This document shows, piece after piece, positions 8,642-13,074 of a stretch of DNA of 13,074 nucleotides. The position numbers were made by a program, and so were the translations under genes. A model generated the notes under the pieces. The model did no database searches. It worked only from the letters and a program-made list of their open reading frames with translations, and was not told where the DNA came from. This DNA comes from Deinococcaceae bacterium (lineage in GTDB: Bacteria; Deinococcota; Deinococci; Deinococcales; Trueperaceae). Within the stretch, counting starts at the first letter, position 1, and every line of letters starts with the position of its first letter. The stretch covers positions 1 through 13,074 of the forward strand of contig JBDZWC010000086.1 in the NCBI GenBank assembly GCA_040256005.1. The letters run 5' to 3'.

Positions 8642-9384
8642 GCCCGTCCGCCTGGCGTCATGAGCTGCGCTCGCAGGGCCCGCCAACGACCCACGTCGAG
8701 GGAGACGTCGTCCGGCAAAGCGACCGGCGCCTCGGCCTTGCTGGCAGGCTGCACGTCTGGGGCGCGTCGGCGCGCCAGCTCGTACACGCTCTTGCGCTCC
8801 GTCGCCACATGTAGGACCTCGTCCTCGATCGCCAGGGCGTTGGCCGCGACGGCAGCGATGTCCGGAGCGATCACGTCCACGTAGTCCTGGGACGTGTACA
8901 GGTCGGTGAACGCGCGCGGGTAAGGCCACTGCCTGGGCCGGAAGCTCGTGCGCACGATCAGGTGCCTCGCCGTGCGGCGCGCCGCCTCTTCGGCCACCAG
9001 CTTGGTCAGGGCGTAGTAGTTGCGCACCGGGCCCGGCGTGTCTCCCTCCGCGTAGCCGCCTCTGTCGCCCCAGAACACGTAGTCGGTCGACACGTGGACG
9101 AGCTTGGCGCCGCAAGCCTCGGCCGCGGCGGCCGCGTTGCGGGTGCCCACGACGTTGACGAGCCAGCAGGCGTCGCGGTCGCGCTCCGCGCCGGCCACGT
9201 CTGTGTAGGCGGCGGCGTGCAGGATCACGTCCGCCGCGGCGTCGACAGCGGCGGTCACGAAGGATGCGCGGTGGGTCACGTCGAGGGACGCCCGGCCCGG
9301 CGCGTGGACGTCGGTGGTGGAGCCCAGTAGCGGCAGCAGCTCCGATCCCAGGCGGCCGGAGCCGCCGGTGACCAACACCTTCAA
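8638..9384 (-). CDS. rmlD: dTDP-4-dehydrorhamnose reductase RmlD/RfbD (short form, SDR family)
   Basis: KVLVTGGSGRLG, HAAAYTDVAGAE, VHVSTDYVF, catalytic YALTK. TTG start overlaps the upstream stop (TTGA). Confidence 0.88.
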   Translation of the reverse strand: MKVLVTGGSGRLGSELLPLLGSTTDVHAPGRASLDVTHRASFVTAAVDAAADVILHAAAYTDVAGAERDRDACWLVNVVGTRNAAAAAEACGAKLVHVSTDYVFWGDRGGYAEGDTPGPVRNYYALTKLVAEEAARRTARHLIVRTSFRPRQWPYPRAFTDLYTSQDYVDVIAPDIAAVAANALAIEDEVLHVATERKSVYELARRRAPDVQPASKAEAPVALPDDVSLDVGRWRALRAQLMTPGGRA

Positions 9385-10523
9385 GCCGGCTCTGGCTCCC
9401 GTACCGCGGCCCGGAGGAACACGATCAGGGTGGCCAGCAGGGCGCCCACCAGCGCCGCACCGACGACGGTCGTGACCACGTTGCGCGGGTCCGGCTCCAG
9501 TGGAGGGCTGGCCGGGATCGCCATGCTCACCGAGGCCGCTGCCAGCTCCCGCTGCAACGCGATCTCGGTAGCGGCGGGAGCGGCCCTGAAGAACGACAGC
9601 GAGGTGGCCGACACGCGCCGCTGTAGCTCGGCCGCCTGACGCTCCAGGTCACCGAGGCGTGCGCGCAGCTCGTCACCGCGTTCGCCGCTGTCCGCCAGCT
9701 CCGTCCTGAGGTGCTCGGCCTCGGCCTGCAAGGCGGCCAGGTCCGAGCGCAGGCTCGCCTCGGAGCGCTCTCCCGAGCCCGCGGTCAGGCGGGCGCTCAC
9801 GGCCGCGGCCTCCGCCTCGACCTGGTCGAGCCGCGCCAGGCGTTGGGCGTCGAGGTCCACCAGTGCGTCCAGGCGCCTGCGCAGCTCCTCCCGCTCGTCC
9901 ACGCTGAGGAACTGGGCCCAGGCGTCGCTGGCCTCCTGGTAGGCCTGCTCGCGGGAGGCGACGTCGGCGGCGAGCCGTTCGCCGGCCGCCCGGAGGGGAG
10001 CCGTGACCAGCTGCCTGACGGCTGCGACGGTGGCCTCCGCCCAGGCGTTCGCGACCTCGGCCGCCATCTCCGCGCCCTCGGCGGCCGAGACCCTTACGCG
10101 GTGTGTGACCGTCATGGCATCGCCGGACTGCGGACCGGGACCGCGCACGATCGTGAAGGTGCCCGGGCTCGCCCCGTTCGGGGCGTCGACAGCCTCCGCG
10201 ACGGCGGTGAGCGTACGCTCGTCCTCGGCCGCCGCCTGGTACGTGCCGGCGTCCACCACCGAGGCGACGCTGACCTCGAGCCCGGAACCGGGCTGGTTGC
10301 TCACGCGCGGCCTCACCACCTGGACGACGGCGTCGGCCGTGTACGTCCTACCCTGATACAGCTTGAAGGCCAGGGCCCCCAGGGCGCACAGGACGGCCAC
10401 GACGATGATGAGCCCGAGCCCGCGGCGCCAGACCAGGTACAGCTCGCGCAGCGACACGGTGTCGTCGGGGTATGGCGGAGGAGCCGAGGCTGCGCTCACA
10501 GTCGTGGGTCGCGTGTCACCCAC
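9381..10523 (-). CDS. Wzz/GumC-like polysaccharide co-polymerase (chain-length regulator), no kinase domain
   Basis: N-terminal DDTVSLRELYLVWRR followed by a TM helix and TYTADAVVQV; long Ala/Glu/Leu/Arg coiled coil; Pro-rich PASPPLEPDPR before a Gly-containing C-terminal TM helix. Confidence 0.82.
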   Translation of the reverse strand: MGDTRPTTVSAASAPPPYPDDTVSLRELYLVWRRGLGLIIVVAVLCALGALAFKLYQGRTYTADAVVQVVRPRVSNQPGSGLEVSVASVVDAGTYQAAAEDERTLTAVAEAVDAPNGASPGTFTIVRGPGPQSGDAMTVTHRVRVSAAEGAEMAAEVANAWAEATVAAVRQLVTAPLRAAGERLAADVASREQAYQEASDAWAQFLSVDEREELRRRLDALVDLDAQRLARLDQVEAEAAAVSARLTAGSGERSEASLRSDLAALQAEAEHLRTELADSGERGDELRARLGDLERQAAELQRRVSATSLSFFRAAPAATEIALQRELAAASVSMAIPASPPLEPDPRNVVTTVVGAALVGALLATLIVFLRAAVREPEPA

Positions 10524-11535
10524 GCTGTGCCCTGATGAGGCCCGCGGACTCGAACCTCTCGATCCACGGCTTGAGCTCGCCCAGGTCCATGCCCAGCTCG
10601 TCCGCGCAGCCGGTGAGCGTCTCGCCGCTGCCCAGCAACGTGAGGACCTTGTGCCCCAGCTCGCCGTGATGCGACCGGAAGTCCATGTTCAGCTCCGTCA
10701 TGGGGTTGAGGGCGTCCTTGCCGCGCAGCGTCAGGTTGAAGCGGCTCTCTTCCCAGCCGGGAGGTTCGCTCGGCATCGCGATCGACGGCACGGGCCTGAC
10801 GCTCAGGTCGAGGGCGTGCCTGCGAGCTGGGCCGAGCGGCGCCGACGGCACCGTGAGGAAGACCTGACCCTGGTTCACGAACCGGTAGCCGCGCTCGTCG
10901 ACCTCGAGGCCCGAGAACGGGCCGTCGTCCTGGGGTGCCGGGCTCTCGATCGCAAGGGCGACGAGCGGCTCCAGGATCGCGCGTTCCACCCGCTCCAGCT
11001 CCAGCTCGCCGTCGCCGGCGCTCTGGCAGCGCTTCTGAAGCACGCGCAGCGCCTCCGAACGGCTGGAGAGCCTGCCGCCGCGCTCGTGCACCGCCGCCCT
11101 TATCGTGCCGTCCAGGAGCAGCGCGACGGCGAGCTCGTCGGCGCCCGCGAAGCACAGCAGGCCGTCGAAGGCCGTCGCGTTCAACCTGTCCAGCAGCGCC
11201 GGCAGGTCGATGACGCCAGTGGGCATGCGCTGGGGCGCGCGGGTGCGGGGCAGGGCCCTGAGCAGCGGCGCCGGACTGTCGGCGCCCCGACCGGGAAGCT
11301 GCGGCGTGGGGGCCGGCTCGTGCAGGTGCAGGTGATAGGACTGCCCTGGCTCCTCGAGGCGGCCGTAGGCGCCCAGGCGGAAGCTGGCCTCGACCTGACC
11401 GCGCGCCAGCTGGAGCACGAGGGAGCCGCCGGCGTCGGCGAACAGCACGGTCCCGCTCTGCCTGAGGTTGCGCAGGTCCTCCAGCACGGCGTCGGCGCCG
11501 TAGCTGCCGGTGATGCCGACCAGTCCCTCGCTCAC
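10516..11535 (-). CDS. Hypothetical protein with two DUF4388/PATAN-like units and a C-terminal winged-helix-like segment
   Basis: 339-aa ORF. GTG overlaps the Nudix stop (GTGA), with SD GGGAGG at 11541-11546; the stop overlaps the wzz start region. Domain calls are by eye only. Confidence 0.8.
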   Translation of the reverse strand: MSEGLVGITGSYGADAVLEDLRNLRQSGTVLFADAGGSLVLQLARGQVEASFRLGAYGRLEEPGQSYHLHLHEPAPTPQLPGRGADSPAPLLRALPRTRAPQRMPTGVIDLPALLDRLNATAFDGLLCFAGADELAVALLLDGTIRAAVHERGGRLSSRSEALRVLQKRCQSAGDGELELERVERAILEPLVALAIESPAPQDDGPFSGLEVDERGYRFVNQGQVFLTVPSAPLGPARRHALDLSVRPVPSIAMPSEPPGWEESRFNLTLRGKDALNPMTELNMDFRSHHGELGHKVLTLLGSGETLTGCADELGMDLGELKPWIERFESAGLIRAQRG

Positions 11536-11942
11536 AGCGACCTCCCGGCCGTGCCGGCGACCTGCCTGAGCAGTTCCCGGTCGGCCCTGAACGTCAGCAG
11601 AGAGGCGGCCTCGGGGACGGGATAGAAGCGAGCGTCACGAAGGCCGGCTTCGGATATATGCGGCGTGGCGTCCTGCGCGCGCATGCGGAACCAGGTGACG
11701 CGGCGTGGCACGCCGCCGGCGTTGACGTAGGTGGTAGTGAACTCGGTCGGGTCGTCGCACCTGGCTGTCACGCCGGTCTCCTCCTCGACCTCCCTCAGGG
11801 CGGCCTCGAGCGCGGTCTCGCCGGCCTCGATGTGGCCCTTGGGGAACACCTTCTCGCCGCTCGCCAGCGTCAGCACCAGCACCCTTCCGGCCTCGTCGAA
11901 GACGACCCCTCCGGCGCCGAGCACGTGCGTCGCGGCGGACAT
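11532..11942 (-). CDS. Nudix hydrolase, resembling Thermus Ndx1 (diadenosine polyphosphate hydrolase)
   Basis: Nudix box GHIEAGETALEAALREVEEETGV. LGAGGVVF, FPKGH, YVN-x-x-GV-x-R-x-V-x-WF-x-MR and LL-x-F-x-x-D motifs match my recollection of Ndx1. Start placed at ATG 11942 (alternative 11951). Confidence 0.9.
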   Translation of the reverse strand: MSAATHVLGAGGVVFDEAGRVLVLTLASGEKVFPKGHIEAGETALEAALREVEEETGVTARCDDPTEFTTTYVNAGGVPRRVTWFRMRAQDATPHISEAGLRDARFYPVPEAASLLTFRADRELLRQVAGTAGRSL

Positions 11943-11949
11943 CTGGCCC

Positions 11950-11955
11950 ATGCTA
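11950..11955 (-). promoter_or_regulatory. Putative -10 element (TAGCAT) of a leaderless transcript starting at the Nudix gene
   Basis: Minus strand reads TAGCAT-gggccag-ATG(11942): TANNNT, 7 nt, start codon. Confidence 0.6.
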
Positions 11956-11994
11956 TCACCGTGCAGCACGCAAGCCTTGGCATGGCGACGGCGG

Positions 11995-12014
11995 CCGCGC
12001 CGCCGGCGGCGCGG
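11995..12014. other. Perfect 20-bp all-GC palindrome (stem-loop) downstream of the amidase gene; possible terminator or stability hairpin
   Basis: ccgcgccgcc|ggcggcgcgg is its own reverse complement, 13 nt after the amidase stop; no U-tract. Confidence 0.55.
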
Positions 12015-12027
12015 GGGCACGGCGTGG

Positions 12028-13074
12028 TTACCTGCGAGCGAGCGTGCCGCCGTTCCTGAGGAACGCCAGGATGCCGTCCGCCAAGCCGTCGGCGAGGACA
12101 TGCTGGTAGGCGGAGTCGGCCAGTTTGGGGCCCTCGTTCGGGTTGTTCACGAAGCCTAGCTCGACCAGGATGGCCGGGATGCGGGCCGTTCTGAGCACGT
12201 AGAACAGGTTCGTCCGCACGCCGCGGTCCTGAGCTCCCGTGGCCGCGACCAGCCGCGTCTGCACCGAGTCGGCCAGGGCCAGCGACAGGTTGAACTGGGC
12301 CTCGCGGAGGATGTCCGCCGCCAGCTGGTTCGCGACCTGCCGCGCCTCGGCCGTGAGCTCCTCGCCGACGGCGCCGCCGCCGTTCTCGCGGATCGCGCGG
12401 TCGATGTAGGACGGGTCGAGGGGCTCGCCGAACACCCAGGTCTCGATGCCCTCGGCCTTGTCGCTGGGCGCGGAGTTGGCGTGGATCGACACGAAGATGT
12501 TGCGCTCCGTGGTAGCGAACTCGGAGCGCTGCTGCAGGGTCAGGAACGTGTCGTGGTCGCGGGTGAGGATGACCTCGAGGCCCTCGGATTCGAGGCGCTG
12601 CTTGAGGAGTAGCGCCACGCTCAGGACCACGTGCTCCTCCACCGCGTACCGGGAGTTGGTGCCCGGGTCGTGGCCGCCGTGCCCGGCGTCGATGACCACG
12701 ATCTGCTTGCCTTCGGGAGCCTGGGCCAGAGCCTGCGGGCCACCGGCCTCCGGCTGCCCCATGGCGGTGACGGCGTCGCCGGTCGCGTCGCGGGCGAAGT
12801 CGACGTACAGGGTCATGCCGTTGGTCTTGGGCACCGTGCCTACCGAGTAGCCGCGGCCGGTGGGATCGAGGTCGAACAGGGTGCTCACGGTGAGGTTGAC
12901 GCGGCCCGCCTGGCTCGACACGCTCACCGTCGCGACGTTGTCGTCCTGGACCTGCACCGCGGTGGGCTCGGCGCGGGAGTTGGGCACGATGATCACGAAG
13001 TTGCGACCGCCGGCGGCCAGCTGGTAGGTGGCGCCGACGGGCAGGTCGATCGCCACGCGCGTCACCCCGCCGCT
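12028..13074 (-). CDS. N-acetylmuramoyl-L-alanine amidase (Amidase_3) with AMIN-like region, 5' end outside the window
   Basis: IVVIDAGHGGHDPG, Zn-ligand E (VEEHVVL), LTRDHD, FVSIHANS, FYVLR, PAILVELGF; TRVAIDL AMIN-like motif. The frame stays open to the window edge. Confidence 0.95.
   Translation of the reverse strand, partial: SGGVTRVAIDLPVGATYQLAAGGRNFVIIVPNSRAEPTAVQVQDDNVATVSVSSQAGRVNLTVSTLFDLDPTGRGYSVGTVPKTNGMTLYVDFARDATGDAVTAMGQPEAGGPQALAQAPEGKQIVVIDAGHGGHDPGTNSRYAVEEHVVLSVALLLKQRLESEGLEVILTRDHDTFLTLQQRSEFATTERNIFVSIHANSAPSDKAEGIETWVFGEPLDPSYIDRAIRENGGGAVGEELTAEARQVANQLAADILREAQFNLSLALADSVQTRLVAATGAQDRGVRTNLFYVLRTARIPAILVELGFVNNPNEGPKLADSAYQHVLADGLADGILAFLRNGGTLARR

Noticed and set aside
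8642..9115. Apparent 344-aa RmlC with a long Arg-rich N-terminus (possible fusion)
   Set aside because: This is an off-frame read of rmlD; ATG 8641 overlaps the rmlD stop and starts the recognisable RmlC.
11952..12101. Poly-Arg N-terminal extension of the Nudix ORF (RRRRRGRRRH)
   Set aside because: It is a translation of the GC palindrome and the amidase 3' end, and it spans the predicted -10 element.
136..12850. Long plus-strand and off-frame ORFs such as 411..842, 1384..2010, 2806..3804, 8054..8884, 9711..10535 and 10363..11625
   Set aside because: Shadow ORFs expected in high-GC DNA; they overlap well-supported genes and show no family motifs.

Overview
High-GC bacterial window, probably Deinococcota. 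This placement is an inference from a Thermus Ndx1-like Nudix gene and three TANNNT-N7-start leaderless-type promoters. It is part of a cell-envelope polysaccharide locus. Reading the minus strand from the right: N-acetylmuramoyl-L-alanine amidase (5' truncated), Nudix hydrolase, a hypothetical protein with tandem DUF4388/PATAN-like units and a wHTH-like tail, Wzz-like co-polymerase, rmlD-rmlC, rmlB-rmlA (dTDP-rhamnose). Next is a lone plus-strand Wzx-type flippase. Then comes a minus-strand sulfate uptake/activation/recycling cassette: SLC13/TrkA-C permease, cysQ, cysD and cysN (3' truncated, missing from the ORF track). The layout suggests a sulfated surface polysaccharide. The most unusual element is an unlisted 38-codon ORF (887..1003) made of six 15-bp repeats. 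It bridges cysD and cysN exactly, with TGATG and ATGA overlaps, and its two GTSSL units differ only by synonymous changes. No RNA genes, CRISPR arrays or mobile elements were seen.
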